Source: an uncultured virus (IMG/VR IMGVR_UViG_3300037847_002883) (lineage: Duplodnaviria > Heunggongvirae > Uroviricota > Caudoviricetes). Taken from it: a stretch of DNA of 64,000 nt. The stretch lies in IMG/VR virus record IMGVR_UViG_3300037847_002883; one strand, 5' to 3'. This document shows positions 1 through 10,086 of the stretch, piece after piece. Within the stretch, counting starts at the first letter, position 1. Every line of letters starts with the position of its first letter. Made by a program: the position numbers and the translations under genes. The notes beneath the pieces were generated by a model, which saw only the letters and a list, made by a program, of their open reading frames with translations, had not been told where the DNA came from and made no database searches.

Positions 1-155
1 ATAACAACTAAATAATTTCCAAACCTATGCACTCCTGCTTCATATTTCTTTTTGAACATTTTTGCGACAATATTTTCAACAACATCTTCAATTTGAAAAA
101 CGAACCTTTCTATATCATCTTCTGTAAATTCACTTTTAATAATGTCTTTCCACAT
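1..155 (-). CDS. Hypothetical protein with N-terminal WxxIIK motif (truncated by window edge)
   Basis: Own translation from ATG at 155: MWKDIIKSEFTEDDIERF..., open to base 1; abuts stop of upstream gene. Confidence 0.7.
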   Translation of the reverse strand, partial: MWKDIIKSEFTEDDIERFVFQIEDVVENIVAKMFKKKYEAGVHRFGNYLVV

Positions 156-833
156 TTATTCCTGCCCCCTCAAAGAGTCTTTCCAATCTTCTCTATCTTT
201 CATCCTCTCATCCTGATTCAAGGCTTCTTCAGCAGTAATGTTCTTTCCTGTATTTGGGTCGTAAGCCATAGGAAACATCGGCTCATACATATCTTTTCCT
301 TCTGCTTCTCCAAACTTTTCAATTAATTTTTTATGAACATCGTCAATTAACGCTTCAGCCCAAGCATCTTCTTGCTTACAATAAAGACCAAATGTAGCCT
401 TGTCGTAATCATATGCCCCAGCAATATACATAGGTATAGGATAAACTTCTTTATCTTCTTCTTTTAATCTATATTCTTCTCCAAATTTGTCAGCAATATC
501 ATCAATAACTTCTCCAAATCCATAATTCCACATATCATACCAATCTGCACCAGTTATTATTTTATCTGCTTCAGGATATTCTACTACAAAACCCCTGCCT
601 TCGTGATAACCAACTAAAGGAAAACACTCCAATACATAATTAGGGGTATAGTAATAACCTTCTAAAGAAGAACCACCAGCACCATCTGTTAAATCATAAG
701 GATGTTTTCCTTCTTTTGCTTCTATTTTATCAAGAACCTCCCTTATTAAGGGATTCATAAATTCAATAATTTTTTGCTTTGCACGAAATGGGGGAACTTT
801 AACCTCTCTATTTTTGATTATATCTTCCCACAT
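156..833 (-). CDS. Hypothetical acidic protein with N-terminal WxxIIK motif
   Basis: ORF 156..842; probable start MWEDIIK at 833. Confidence 0.7.
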   Translation of the reverse strand: MWEDIIKNREVKVPPFRAKQKIIEFMNPLIREVLDKIEAKEGKHPYDLTDGAGGSSLEGYYYTPNYVLECFPLVGYHEGRGFVVEYPEADKIITGADWYDMWNYGFGEVIDDIADKFGEEYRLKEEDKEVYPIPMYIAGAYDYDKATFGLYCKQEDAWAEALIDDVHKKLIEKFGEAEGKDMYEPMFPMAYDPNTGKNITAEEALNQDERMKDREDWKDSLRGQE

Positions 834-838
834 AATAA

Positions 839-2149
839 TCAATCCAAGAAATACACAATGTCGCCTTTGCCTTTCAAAATATCCATAGCCTCTTTACGAA
901 GAATATCATATTTTTCTTTTGTGGAAATATTACCACCCGATTCTGTAATTAAAATACTTTGGTCGTCATGTCGGATAATTTCCGATGCGGCTAATTTTGT
1001 TGTGGCTTCGTGAATTGCAGATGGGACTCTATTATCACCAGCGATATAAGAAACAATAACTGAATTGTTTCTGTGATATGGATAATCTTTCAAAAAGAAA
1101 ATACGACCTTCTTCATTAATTGTCCAATAATCGCCAAGTCTTCTTAAGTCCTCTTTATCTGTAAATGCTTCTAATGTGCAAACAGTCGGAATTTCACTAG
1201 TGGTAGTAAATGTCAAATTTCCTGAAAATGCGCCACCTGTTGTAGCATGGGTTAAAACAACAGTTGTTGAATCAGTAATAGAAGCAATTGTGGCCGCAGA
1301 AGGAACATTAGCACTTCTTTCCCCACTTATTGTCATCCCTACGGCTAATTTACTAGAATCAGCAACGGTGAGATTAACTGAGTTATTGCCCGAACAAGCC
1401 TGTTTTATGGTCGCCTTGATGGTGCAATCTGCCCCATCGTCGCCCGAAAGTAGGGATGAGAAGAGGATTTGCTTCCCGTTTGACTTGGCCTTCGCCGCAT
1501 AGAAAAAGTCAGAAATAGATAAATTAGATTGAGTGAGGCTTTTTGGTGCAGTTGCACCAGTAAATTGAGACATTGAAGGAAATGATTCATTTACCAAAGA
1601 GATGATTTCTTCATTGGTTGTTTTGATACCAAAGGTATTATTAAACTCATCATTACCTAAGTCAGTTAAATCATTTTCTGCAATCATCTCAAAAGACACG
1701 CCGCTATTCGGCAATTGAAGAATAATAGAATTTAAGTCTCTAAAATTATCTAGCAGGGTAATTTTTGCTTGAGCCGATGCAATTTCAATATACTGGCTTC
1801 CCTGCCACAAAAGAAGAGAAACAATCTTTCTTACTTTCATTTTTGCCAATTGCACAAAACCAACATGACCGCCGTAATATGCCTTGTGTGGCAGGTGAGA
1901 AAATTCAAAGTTATGATACTCGTCCTTCGTGATAATTGGTCGGTATGAACGCTTTACCTTGTCGTCCACGATACCCTCTACTCTCTTTATGATTGACCCA
2001 ATTTGAGCCAATGTCGGGTATGTGGTTGCTGAAAAAGCGGGAACCTGTAATAGATTAGCAACCTCGGTTGCATTGGTATAAAAGCCCCGACCTTGAGAAT
2101 AATCTGGATTAATTTCCGTAAAATCACTAGGCGAGATTGTTTGTCCCAT
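839..2149 (-). CDS. Putative head-tail adaptor/neck protein with inserted beta-rich domains
   Basis: Position downstream of MCP; C-terminal SYIAG..VPSAIHEATTKLAA resembles the adaptor signature; Thr/Ser-rich insert. Confidence 0.5.
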   Translation of the reverse strand: MGQTISPSDFTEINPDYSQGRGFYTNATEVANLLQVPAFSATTYPTLAQIGSIIKRVEGIVDDKVKRSYRPIITKDEYHNFEFSHLPHKAYYGGHVGFVQLAKMKVRKIVSLLLWQGSQYIEIASAQAKITLLDNFRDLNSIILQLPNSGVSFEMIAENDLTDLGNDEFNNTFGIKTTNEEIISLVNESFPSMSQFTGATAPKSLTQSNLSISDFFYAAKAKSNGKQILFSSLLSGDDGADCTIKATIKQACSGNNSVNLTVADSSKLAVGMTISGERSANVPSAATIASITDSTTVVLTHATTGGAFSGNLTFTTTSEIPTVCTLEAFTDKEDLRRLGDYWTINEEGRIFFLKDYPYHRNNSVIVSYIAGDNRVPSAIHEATTKLAASEIIRHDDQSILITESGGNISTKEKYDILRKEAMDILKGKGDIVYFLD

Positions 2150-2150
2150 T

Positions 2151-3833
2151 TCAAGCACCAATCATTTTTTGTAAAGCCCTAATGTTTTTCTTTAACTTAT
2201 TGATATAATTAGCCATTGCTTTGTTTTGGCCTCTTCTTGCACCACTTAAGTTAAATTCACCGTGATTTGTCACTTCAAAGTCTACTTCAACAATAGAGTT
2301 TTTAAATGCATCAATTAAGCCATCTTTCGGAATAGGAACCATTGAAACCTTTTCTGCTCCAAAATCTCCAGCAGTTCTTGTTTTAAAACTTCTTTTAGTT
2401 TGACCTTCGGCATCTTTTGTCTCATCAAATTCAAATACAGAAATTTCGGATTTGTAGTCTCGTTTTTCATCTTGAGTAAGATTTCTATATTCTTCTTCCG
2501 AAATAAAAATCTTGCTTCCGTCTTTATTTCTTTTAGTTTTATGACTAAATGCTTTTTGAGACTGTTCTTCAATTTGTTCAGGAGTTAAACTTTTACCACC
2601 AAAATCTTCAAGATTTTTAATTGCCTCAAGAGCCATCTCTCTATATGTTTGTTCCGTCTTTCTTGAGTTTTTAATGTTCGCATAACATTTTACAGAATAT
2701 ACAACATCGGGAACAACTAAGAATTTGTTGAGTATTCTCATAATGGCTTCTTCATTATCAATAAAGAATCCTTCAGGTGTTCCCGAACTACCGTCATATG
2801 GGAACTTAACTCTCACCACTCTATTTGATTCTGCAAAAGTATAAAAATAATACTTATCGCCTATTTGAACAATATCTTCTTCTCTCATCAAATCTGTTCT
2901 GTTTAAATCTAATCTAGCGGCTGAAATAACAACAACATTCAAATCTTCGGTAAGATTCGTTGGCATAGGCATTTGTTGTCCAACTTGCTCAAAAGTTTGA
3001 TTACCGTCTTCATCTTCTACTAATTCCATCTCAGTAAGAGTATTTTTACTTTCAAGTTCTCCCGAAATTTGCTCAATATGCTTTTCGGGCAAATCAAAAG
3101 AATAGTCAAAGGTTTCTTTACCTATGTTTGACTTGGAGTTTCTTTCTCTAAAAGCGGCCTCTTGTCCTGTTTGTTCTAGAATAAAATCAGTCTTTGCAGC
3201 AATCAAAGCCCCTTCATCAAAAGAAGGAAATTTTGCTTCCATATGTGCTTTTAGTCCACTCATATCAGATTGAAAACCATAAGTGTATTTTCCTTCCTGC
3301 CCGACCCCTTTATGTTGCCGAATAACAATATCATAATCAACATCAAAAGCATCTTCGCCTTTTCTTGTTTTAAGTTTATTTTTAGCATACCAAGATTCAA
3401 AATCAAAATCAGGTAATTTAGTGACTCCGCCTTCAATAAAAGAAACATCTGTTCCTCTAAGCCTACCTAAAACCCTGTTATTAGATAAGTCTTTTAATTT
3501 CTTATCTTTAATAAACTCTAAATTTGCAGTATTCGGTTTAGGTTTCTCTCCCTGCCTTCTTCGCAGTTCGGAAAATCTACTCCAAGCCTTAGCATCCTTC
3601 TTTAATTCTTCTTCTAAAGACTCATCTAAAACTTTTCCTAATATAGCACTTAACTCTTCATCTAGTTTTTGTGCATTAACTTCGCTTTCTTCTACACTTT
3701 CTCTAGCAATTCTTAATTTATTACGAAAAGACTTTTGTCCTTCTGTAATATAGTCTCTCATTTGAGAGAAAATATAATCTTTAGATTTGGGTAGAGAAAG
3801 AGTTTGATTACCCCATCTAAAACTAACAGACAT
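2151..3833 (-). CDS. Hypothetical protein (560 aa), possibly virion-associated
   Basis: Long ORF in late operon, GAGGTGA SD upstream. Confidence 0.6.
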   Translation of the reverse strand: MSVSFRWGNQTLSLPKSKDYIFSQMRDYITEGQKSFRNKLRIARESVEESEVNAQKLDEELSAILGKVLDESLEEELKKDAKAWSRFSELRRRQGEKPKPNTANLEFIKDKKLKDLSNNRVLGRLRGTDVSFIEGGVTKLPDFDFESWYAKNKLKTRKGEDAFDVDYDIVIRQHKGVGQEGKYTYGFQSDMSGLKAHMEAKFPSFDEGALIAAKTDFILEQTGQEAAFRERNSKSNIGKETFDYSFDLPEKHIEQISGELESKNTLTEMELVEDEDGNQTFEQVGQQMPMPTNLTEDLNVVVISAARLDLNRTDLMREEDIVQIGDKYYFYTFAESNRVVRVKFPYDGSSGTPEGFFIDNEEAIMRILNKFLVVPDVVYSVKCYANIKNSRKTEQTYREMALEAIKNLEDFGGKSLTPEQIEEQSQKAFSHKTKRNKDGSKIFISEEEYRNLTQDEKRDYKSEISVFEFDETKDAEGQTKRSFKTRTAGDFGAEKVSMVPIPKDGLIDAFKNSIVEVDFEVTNHGEFNLSGARRGQNKAMANYINKLKKNIRALQKMIGA

Positions 3834-3843
3834 TTAATTCACC

Positions 3844-4494
3844 TCACATTAACCATTTTGCCCAAGCCGCACCTTTTTGAATTGCTGCCCCTAAATGTAA
3901 TCCACTTGAAGGAGGCTCATAACTCATTTGACCTTGAGCATCAATCCAATAAGGCCGTCCATAGCCGTCTGTTCCACTTGGAGGAATAGGATAACCTGAG
4001 CCATTATTCATAGCACCTTGCATTTGTTGATATTGCTGAGTATTTCCAGTAACATTGGCTAAAGCCATTCCTGCTGATGGTTGTTGCATACCTCCACCAC
4101 TAAAGCCTTGTGATTCAAGATATTGCTGTTTAGCCATCTTTCTTTGCATAACAACCTCAGTATTGATTGCAGATTGCAATAACTTTTGAATATCTAAATC
4201 AATGTTTTCTTGAGTAATTCTTTCATATTCACGAAGAGCATCTCGGTTCACCGTAAGATTGCTACCATTAGAGTCAAAACTCAACTTAGCAAGCATTTGA
4301 GAAACAACTCTTTCAACAACATCTTCCATCAACTTTTCAAGAGCAACCAAGAATTGTTCCCCGTGATATTGAAAGAACTCTTCAACATGGTTTTCCTGTA
4401 ATGAAAGTAAATTATTCACCGTTTTAAACTGTGTATCGCTTTGTGCTTGAACTGCACCTAACACGGTGCTGTTGCTTGTTCCTAATAATCCCAC
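3844..4494 (-). CDS. Hypothetical helical protein with Q/G/M-rich C-terminal region
   Basis: 216-aa ORF tightly packed with neighbours. Confidence 0.6.
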   Translation of the reverse strand: MGLLGTSNSTVLGAVQAQSDTQFKTVNNLLSLQENHVEEFFQYHGEQFLVALEKLMEDVVERVVSQMLAKLSFDSNGSNLTVNRDALREYERITQENIDLDIQKLLQSAINTEVVMQRKMAKQQYLESQGFSGGGMQQPSAGMALANVTGNTQQYQQMQGAMNNGSGYPIPPSGTDGYGRPYWIDAQGQMSYEPPSSGLHLGAAIQKGAAWAKWLM

Positions 4495-4496
4495 TT

Positions 4497-5165
4497 CTAT
4501 TCCTCCTTAATTTTCTCTTCTTCGGGTAATTCGTTCTGCGCTTGGACACCGTTCTTTAACATCAAATGGTTTAACCGTTCTGTCATAATGTTCATTTCTG
4601 CAATCAAGCGAATGACTTCATCGGTGGCCGTCTTTGTGTCTGCTAAGGCGGGTGGGGTTATAAACCAACCTGCCGCCGTAAGGGACATAACATCATCCTT
4701 CGTTAATGTCTTAATTGGGCCACTTTTAAGCATTTTAGGCATTCGTGGTTTAAAGGCACTAAATTCAAGTCCATGTTTATCTGCAAGAATTTGTTGTTGT
4801 AGCATTTCTAATTGCATATACATAGAAGCGTGTTTAGGACAATAAGTTCCCATTAGAGGCCGTCCTTTGACTACGCCATCTAAAGGCATAGGTGGACGCA
4901 TATAATCTCCTTGTTCCCAAATGTGATGAAAACCACAGACAACACATCTGTCTTTGAGATTAAATTTCTTTCCATACTTAATGCCTAAAAACTTCTTTGG
5001 TTCTGCTCTTAAAACCAATTTAAGTTCTTTTAGTTGAGTCTTCGGCTTATACGAAATAAACTTGTATTCTTGCACAACACCGCTTGCTCTTGCCTGTTGA
5101 AGTGGCGAGAGAGCAGGGTTAAATTGTTGTGGTGCGTTTTGTCCTATAATGTTGTTTTGATACAT
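4497..5165 (-). CDS. Zn-finger protein (CxxC...CxxH)
   Basis: CVVCGFH...YCPKH; directly downstream of GTPase. Confidence 0.55.
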   Translation of the reverse strand: MYQNNIIGQNAPQQFNPALSPLQQARASGVVQEYKFISYKPKTQLKELKLVLRAEPKKFLGIKYGKKFNLKDRCVVCGFHHIWEQGDYMRPPMPLDGVVKGRPLMGTYCPKHASMYMQLEMLQQQILADKHGLEFSAFKPRMPKMLKSGPIKTLTKDDVMSLTAAGWFITPPALADTKTATDEVIRLIAEMNIMTERLNHLMLKNGVQAQNELPEEEKIKEE

Positions 5166-5170
5166 AGCAA

Positions 5171-5839
5171 TCAATAATCCTTTATCATTGTAGTGATTCC
5201 TCTATAAACCATTTCGGGGTCAGACTTTGCAGATACAATATACTTGAAACAGGGTATTCCTTTATCATTTAACTTTCTCATGCCGTATTTAAATGGTTCA
5301 AAAATTTCGTGTTTGTCAATAGATTGTCCTTCTTCTAATGGGTATTTTTTTCCCCATATATCATATTTATTTGCCCAAATACCTACTGCCATTGGATAAT
5401 CCGAATCTCTTTTCTTTTTTCCATTTGACCATGTGCTTGAAATAATTGAATCCACTAAAAATTTCCATGCTAATTGGTGGTCTAGGTTTGCTTCACTATC
5501 TAAATGTCGGTGGTCAATCATAAAAATAACATATTTGACTCTTCTATTTTGCATATCCTTTTCCCATTCTTTCCAGTAAATTGCTTCTCCACCAATATCT
5601 GCGCTTCTTACTGTATGTGAGTCTCCGTCTATTTTGACATTCTTTCTCGTTGCTCTATGTCTCCCAACGGTTCTTTGTTGTATTTGCGGAACTTCTCCTC
5701 TCGTTCTCAATTGATGACTAAGTGTTGTTTTACCAACCATTGTTGCTCCATAAACTCCAAAATTTATTGCATGAACTTTTTTGTAAAATCCTATGATTGC
5801 TTCACCGACAAGAATAGCAAAGCCTGTCATTAATGACAT
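5171..5839 (-). CDS. Small Ras-superfamily (Arf/Sar-like) GTPase
   Basis: G1 GATMVGKTT, G2 RTVG, G3 DIGG, G4 NKYD, G5 SAK; hydrophobic N-terminal helix; TAATG overlap with upstream gene. Confidence 0.85.
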   Translation of the reverse strand: MSLMTGFAILVGEAIIGFYKKVHAINFGVYGATMVGKTTLSHQLRTRGEVPQIQQRTVGRHRATRKNVKIDGDSHTVRSADIGGEAIYWKEWEKDMQNRRVKYVIFMIDHRHLDSEANLDHQLAWKFLVDSIISSTWSNGKKKRDSDYPMAVGIWANKYDIWGKKYPLEEGQSIDKHEIFEPFKYGMRKLNDKGIPCFKYIVSAKSDPEMVYRGITTMIKDY

Positions 5840-6057
5840 TAATGCCCCCACCCGTTTAACAAAGTGTCAAACAGGAAACCCATGATGTTTATATCAAAAA
5901 CACCAAGAATGTTTCCAACAAGGAAACCAGAAAGACCAGCACAAAAGCCCCAAAACCATGCTCGCATTTTCAAAAAGAAAATGTCAGCAGAATGCGCTCT
6001 TTGTTGATTATAAGCGTAGTCCGAATCGGAAAAGCCCATTATGTCTCCAAAGACCAT
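5839..6057 (-). CDS. Small membrane protein
   Basis: Hydrophobic WFWGFCAGLSGFLVGNILGVF segment. Confidence 0.6.
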   Translation of the reverse strand: MVFGDIMGFSDSDYAYNQQRAHSADIFFLKMRAWFWGFCAGLSGFLVGNILGVFDINIMGFLFDTLLNGWGH

Positions 6058-6068
6058 TCTTTCACCGC

Positions 6069-6452
6069 CTATTGTAGTGCGGCTAAGAACTCATTACCTA
6101 CGCTATTTTCTTCTTCCTGCTGAATAGGTTGATAGAAAGTAGTGTTGTATTGCTTTGCGCTTTCACGCATCTTTTGTCTTTGTTGTTCGTCCCTAGCCTT
6201 TCTTTCCCAGTAAGCCGCAATTTTACGGTCTAAGAGCCAAAGTTCAATTCTATCATTAAGGGATAAATCAAAGATAGCCTTCATTACCATGATTGCTCCG
6301 ATTGTTCCCAAGCCAAACAAAACAGAATGCGCTAATGGGCCATATGGAAAATTCATTCCAAATGCCGCATATGCCCAAACATTTGTTCCGCTTAACGCAC
6401 CAACAAATAGAATTGTCATAATTAGACGAGTATCTTGACTTAATGCTGCCAT
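6069..6452 (-). CDS. Membrane protein, 2 TM helices plus charged tail (holin-like topology)
   Basis: Two hydrophobic segments followed by charged helix; GAGGTGA SD. Confidence 0.6.
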   Translation of the reverse strand: MAALSQDTRLIMTILFVGALSGTNVWAYAAFGMNFPYGPLAHSVLFGLGTIGAIMVMKAIFDLSLNDRIELWLLDRKIAAYWERKARDEQQRQKMRESAKQYNTTFYQPIQQEEENSVGNEFLAALQ

Positions 6453-6461
6453 TTAATCACC

Positions 6462-6743
6462 TCAAGCAAAGTGAACGAAGGTATTTGCATTTCCGCTAGT
6501 CTCTTCATAAAAGAGTCCAACAGAACAAATAACACCATGCATATCAAATTCAACCTGTTGATTAGCCGCACCATCCAGATTAAAACGGGCTAATTCTTTA
6601 CCCGTATTATCTGTTCCGTCAAATACCTTAACTTGACACGGTGCGCCACTATCGTTATTGACATGAATAGAAATTAATTTGCACTTACCAACAAAAACCT
6701 TTCCACTAGCCGTTAAAAGACCACTACTTCTGCAACTCGGCAT
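6462..6743 (-). CDS. Small beta-rich protein, probable virion structural protein
   Basis: 93 aa, beta-strand pattern, downstream of MCP. Confidence 0.5.
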   Translation of the reverse strand: MPSCRSSGLLTASGKVFVGKCKLISIHVNNDSGAPCQVKVFDGTDNTGKELARFNLDGAANQQVEFDMHGVICSVGLFYEETSGNANTFVHFA

Positions 6744-6804
6744 GATTCACCAACTCCGTTCAACCTGTCTATGAGGCATCACCCTCTTAACCCTATCGCT
6801 AGGA

Positions 6805-7125
6805 TTATTCAGTCAAAGACGACTTTTTGCTTTTAGCAGGGGCTTTCTTCACCTTTGGTTTAGCGGGGAGAAGATATGCACACAATTTATCATGTGTGTC
6901 AAAATCTCTTCCCAACGCCTTACCTAAGCGAGTCAAGCGAGAAGGTTCTAATTGCTTCAATTCCTTTCTTTCACTCTCTGCAAAAGAAATATCAAGACAA
7001 TTGTCGCCTAAATACCGCAAAGCGTCTTGAGCAGGAACATCTAAAGAAATGCCCCTACTCAAGACTTCGCCATTAACCAAAAGGGTTCTTGACCGAGAAC
7101 CTTTGGATAGTTTAATTGTTGCCAA
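6805..7125 (-). CDS. Hypothetical protein with Lys-rich tail
   Basis: 106 aa, TTG start after GAGGTGG SD. Confidence 0.6.
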   Translation of the reverse strand: MATIKLSKGSRSRTLLVNGEVLSRGISLDVPAQDALRYLGDNCLDISFAESERKELKQLEPSRLTRLGKALGRDFDTHDKLCAYLLPAKPKVKKAPAKSKKSSLTE

Positions 7126-7135
7126 TTAAACCACC

Positions 7136-7471
7136 TCAAAGGAGGCCATATACTCTTACACGAACCATTCCTTCATCAGCCGTTCCGCTTTGTTGAGCAG
7201 AACCAGTAGAAAGAATGATTTTAACGCTAGAAACGGATTCATAAGCACCTGCGGTTGAAATCACAGGTCTTGCTGAATGTCCAATTTCTTCAACGCCAGT
7301 AATCATAACTTGGGTAATTTGACTCAATCCTACTTCAGTAGCAGTTAAGGTAATACCGCCAGCAACATAATTAGTGATGTTAATGATTGCATCAACCATA
7401 TATTCATCGCCATTTGCTCTTGGCTTGGTAAAACCTTTATGGTCTGCCAATAATGTAACTGTATGTGCCAA
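7136..7471 (-). CDS. Putative capsid decoration/minor head protein
   Basis: Immediately after MCP, small, beta-rich, GAGGTGA SD. Confidence 0.5.
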   Translation of the reverse strand: MAHTVTLLADHKGFTKPRANGDEYMVDAIINITNYVAGGITLTATEVGLSQITQVMITGVEEIGHSARPVISTAGAYESVSSVKIILSTGSAQQSGTADEGMVRVRVYGLL

Positions 7472-7481
7472 TTAAATCACC

Positions 7482-8834
7482 TCAAAGGAGATTGGTAATC
7501 TTTCCTTGACCCTTGAAGTAAGAACAACCAGTTTCAGCCATTGTGCGGTAAAGAGCCTTGTTTCCAAGGTTGCCGACACCGAATGGGTTTCCGTTGCTGA
7601 TACCATCCTCAAAGTATTGAGTTGGCTTCATAACAGATAGCCACAAATGGTCAGTATCAAGGAAAAGCATATCACTAATCAAACTGGAGTTATTACCCGT
7701 AGAAGGCATAGCAGCGACAGGAATCAAAGGAATGTCGTAGTAAGTAGAAACACGGAAACCGACTTCTGCACCCTTAACACCACGAACACCGTTCACAGTT
7801 GGAACGATTTCCTTTCTATCCATGAAACGCTCTTGAGCCTGAAGCAAGTCAGAAAGCGTTTGAAGCGTATCATATCCCGTAAGAATGACCTTTGGTGAAC
7901 CACCAGCAACACGGAGTCTGCGAACCATGTCGTTAATCACAGTAAGCGTCAATTGTCGTGCTTCTGCGGAAAGGTAGCCATCACCGAAAGAAACCTCAGC
8001 ATCCAAATACTCGTTGCCCGACGCACTTCGGAGTTTTCCGTAAAGGGTGTCAATTTGTTGGTCAGTAGCCGTTCCAACAAGGTTTCCGCCAGAATTGTCA
8101 GCCAATTCAGTAATTTCAGCAGAGTTAGCAACAATCTTGTAAAGAGAGGTGTAGCCTCGGTCAATTGCGTTAAGAGTCGTATATGCCGTGGTTGGGGAAT
8201 AGTTCTCCAAAGGCATAACAAGCATTTGATTCTGGACTTCAGCGTGGTGCTTACCCATATCTTCTCTCAATTGAGCACGAATATCACCGATACCATCGTC
8301 AATTTGAGCCATTTCCATAGCCAATTCGCTGAAAGCAAATTGATGAGCGATGATTTTCGGGCTGGTAAAGAGCGTATCGTATTCGGGAGCAATTGAAATC
8401 AAACCATCCGTGTTTGAATCAAGGCTGGCGTTTTCGGGAACACCACCGATTCGGTCAGCACGAAGGGAATCATCACCATAAAGCGAGTCCGAAAGAGCCG
8501 TATTGGAAGCCTTGGTAATATCAAGGAAATTACCCGTTCCACCAGCAGGACGCTTCTTAAGGATTCTCCAACCGCTTGAAGAATAAGGTCGCTTTGCGAT
8601 AACAGACAATGCGTTGCATTCTCGGTTTAGCATAGACCAGACCTTTTGGCCGTAAATTTTGTTGTAAAGGTTTGCATTAATACCCGTTGGGTCGCTTAAT
8701 GAACCATCGTGAGCGACATGAATGCCGCTAACGGTTCCTGCGGCCTTTAGCAATTGGTTGCTAATATGACCCGTTGCGCCCGTTCCGTATGTTGCTGCTT
8801 CTAAATCTGCAATAGTGTTAATATATCCTACCAT
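7482..8834 (-). CDS. Major capsid protein (HK97 fold)
   Basis: 450 aa directly after protease/scaffold; pattern typical of archaeal tailed-virus MCPs (PKIIAHQF..SELA; C-terminal QGKITNL). Confidence 0.85.
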   Translation of the reverse strand: MVGYINTIADLEAATYGTGATGHISNQLLKAAGTVSGIHVAHDGSLSDPTGINANLYNKIYGQKVWSMLNRECNALSVIAKRPYSSSGWRILKKRPAGGTGNFLDITKASNTALSDSLYGDDSLRADRIGGVPENASLDSNTDGLISIAPEYDTLFTSPKIIAHQFAFSELAMEMAQIDDGIGDIRAQLREDMGKHHAEVQNQMLVMPLENYSPTTAYTTLNAIDRGYTSLYKIVANSAEITELADNSGGNLVGTATDQQIDTLYGKLRSASGNEYLDAEVSFGDGYLSAEARQLTLTVINDMVRRLRVAGGSPKVILTGYDTLQTLSDLLQAQERFMDRKEIVPTVNGVRGVKGAEVGFRVSTYYDIPLIPVAAMPSTGNNSSLISDMLFLDTDHLWLSVMKPTQYFEDGISNGNPFGVGNLGNKALYRTMAETGCSYFKGQGKITNLL

Positions 8835-8845
8835 TTTAAATCACC

Positions 8846-10042
8846 TCAAAGGTTTCCTCCAACCATTTTATGAATGTCAGCCCAATCCATTTCGGCTAAT
8901 TCATCCATAGTAGGGAGTTTGATTTGGGCTTCTTCTTGAGCCTTAATGATGTTGTCTCTTTCAGCCGTCAAAGACTTTCGGAGAGAAGCAAATTCATTCT
9001 TAAGAGAAGCAATTTCGGAAGCCGCATCATATTGCGACTTTGCGAGAATGTTTTCTCTCGTTGAAGTTTCAGCCGCAAAGCGAGCCTCAAATTGCTTTTG
9101 GAGATTGTCGTATGCTAACTTTTCAAGTTGTTCTTGACGGAAAGCCTCGTAAGCCTTCTCAATGTTTCCAACGGACAAATCAAGGGTTTCAAGTTCATCA
9201 TTGTCAAAAGCCTTCACAACGGGCAAATCCGATGCTCTTGGCTTTCCGTTGTCAATAACGATTCGGTCAGCAGGTTCGCCAATTTCAACACCTGCACCAT
9301 CAAGAGTGGAAACATAGGCTTTGGCTTCATCATCCATGTATTCGCCCATACCCTTTTCATCCATCATCTTTTCGTCATCATCTTCCATAGCCATGCCCTT
9401 TTCTTCATCGGACATATCCATGCTTTCTTCTTCTTCCTTTCTCAGCATATTGACTTCCTCCATAAGAGCGTCAAGTTCTGCCAATGCTTTTTCAATTTTG
9501 GTCATATTTTTCACCTTTTTTGTTTTGTCTTGCTTTAAAATGTCAAACTTTGCTTCTGGATTAATTCCTTTTTCACAAATAGTGACTTCATGTAATTCTA
9601 ACTTTGAAATTTCGTTGTATTGTCCAAATTCATCATTGGTTTTCTTTACTTTTTCTAAAGCCTGTCCTCCAATACTGAAACTTCTTAATGAACCTTTTCT
9701 AATGCCTCGGTTAATTTCCTTTGCCTTTTCAATATCATCTCTTAATTTGATTACTACAAAGAATCCGACATCATCAACTTCTGTTTTGAATAGTCTCCCT
9801 GATTTATCTCGGTATGATTCAACGACTTCTCCGACTTGAACATTTGAATGGTTTGTCATTACATTTCTAAACTTTGGGTTCTCCATGTATTTTTTAACAG
9901 CCTCTTTAAGTGCTTTGAGTGTGATTAAATCATTTTGCTTATCAACGATTTCAATGCTTGCATATCCTCCAATCATCAAGTCGTCTTGGCTTTTTAGAAT
10001 CCTGAAATCGTGAGCGTTGTTCCTCATCACCGCAGAAGTCAT
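8846..10042 (-). CDS. Prohead protease fused to acidic coiled-coil scaffold
   Basis: GYASIEIVDKQND, H in MTNHSN, SFSIGG, LHEVTIC..GINPEA (HK97-type protease); acidic helical C-terminal half. Confidence 0.88.
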   Translation of the reverse strand: MTSAVMRNNAHDFRILKSQDDLMIGGYASIEIVDKQNDLITLKALKEAVKKYMENPKFRNVMTNHSNVQVGEVVESYRDKSGRLFKTEVDDVGFFVVIKLRDDIEKAKEINRGIRKGSLRSFSIGGQALEKVKKTNDEFGQYNEISKLELHEVTICEKGINPEAKFDILKQDKTKKVKNMTKIEKALAELDALMEEVNMLRKEEEESMDMSDEEKGMAMEDDDEKMMDEKGMGEYMDDEAKAYVSTLDGAGVEIGEPADRIVIDNGKPRASDLPVVKAFDNDELETLDLSVGNIEKAYEAFRQEQLEKLAYDNLQKQFEARFAAETSTRENILAKSQYDAASEIASLKNEFASLRKSLTAERDNIIKAQEEAQIKLPTMDELAEMDWADIHKMVGGNL

Positions 10043-10071
10043 TCTTCTCAACCCCAACTACCTATTATCCA

Positions 10072-10084
10072 GTATATAAAGAAC
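10072..10084 (-). promoter_or_regulatory. Archaeal TATA promoter GTTCTTTATATAC upstream of protease-MCP operon
   Basis: Same CTTTATATAC core as 43551, 50987, 52208; about 30 bp from ATG. Confidence 0.6.
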
Positions 10085-10086
10085 AC

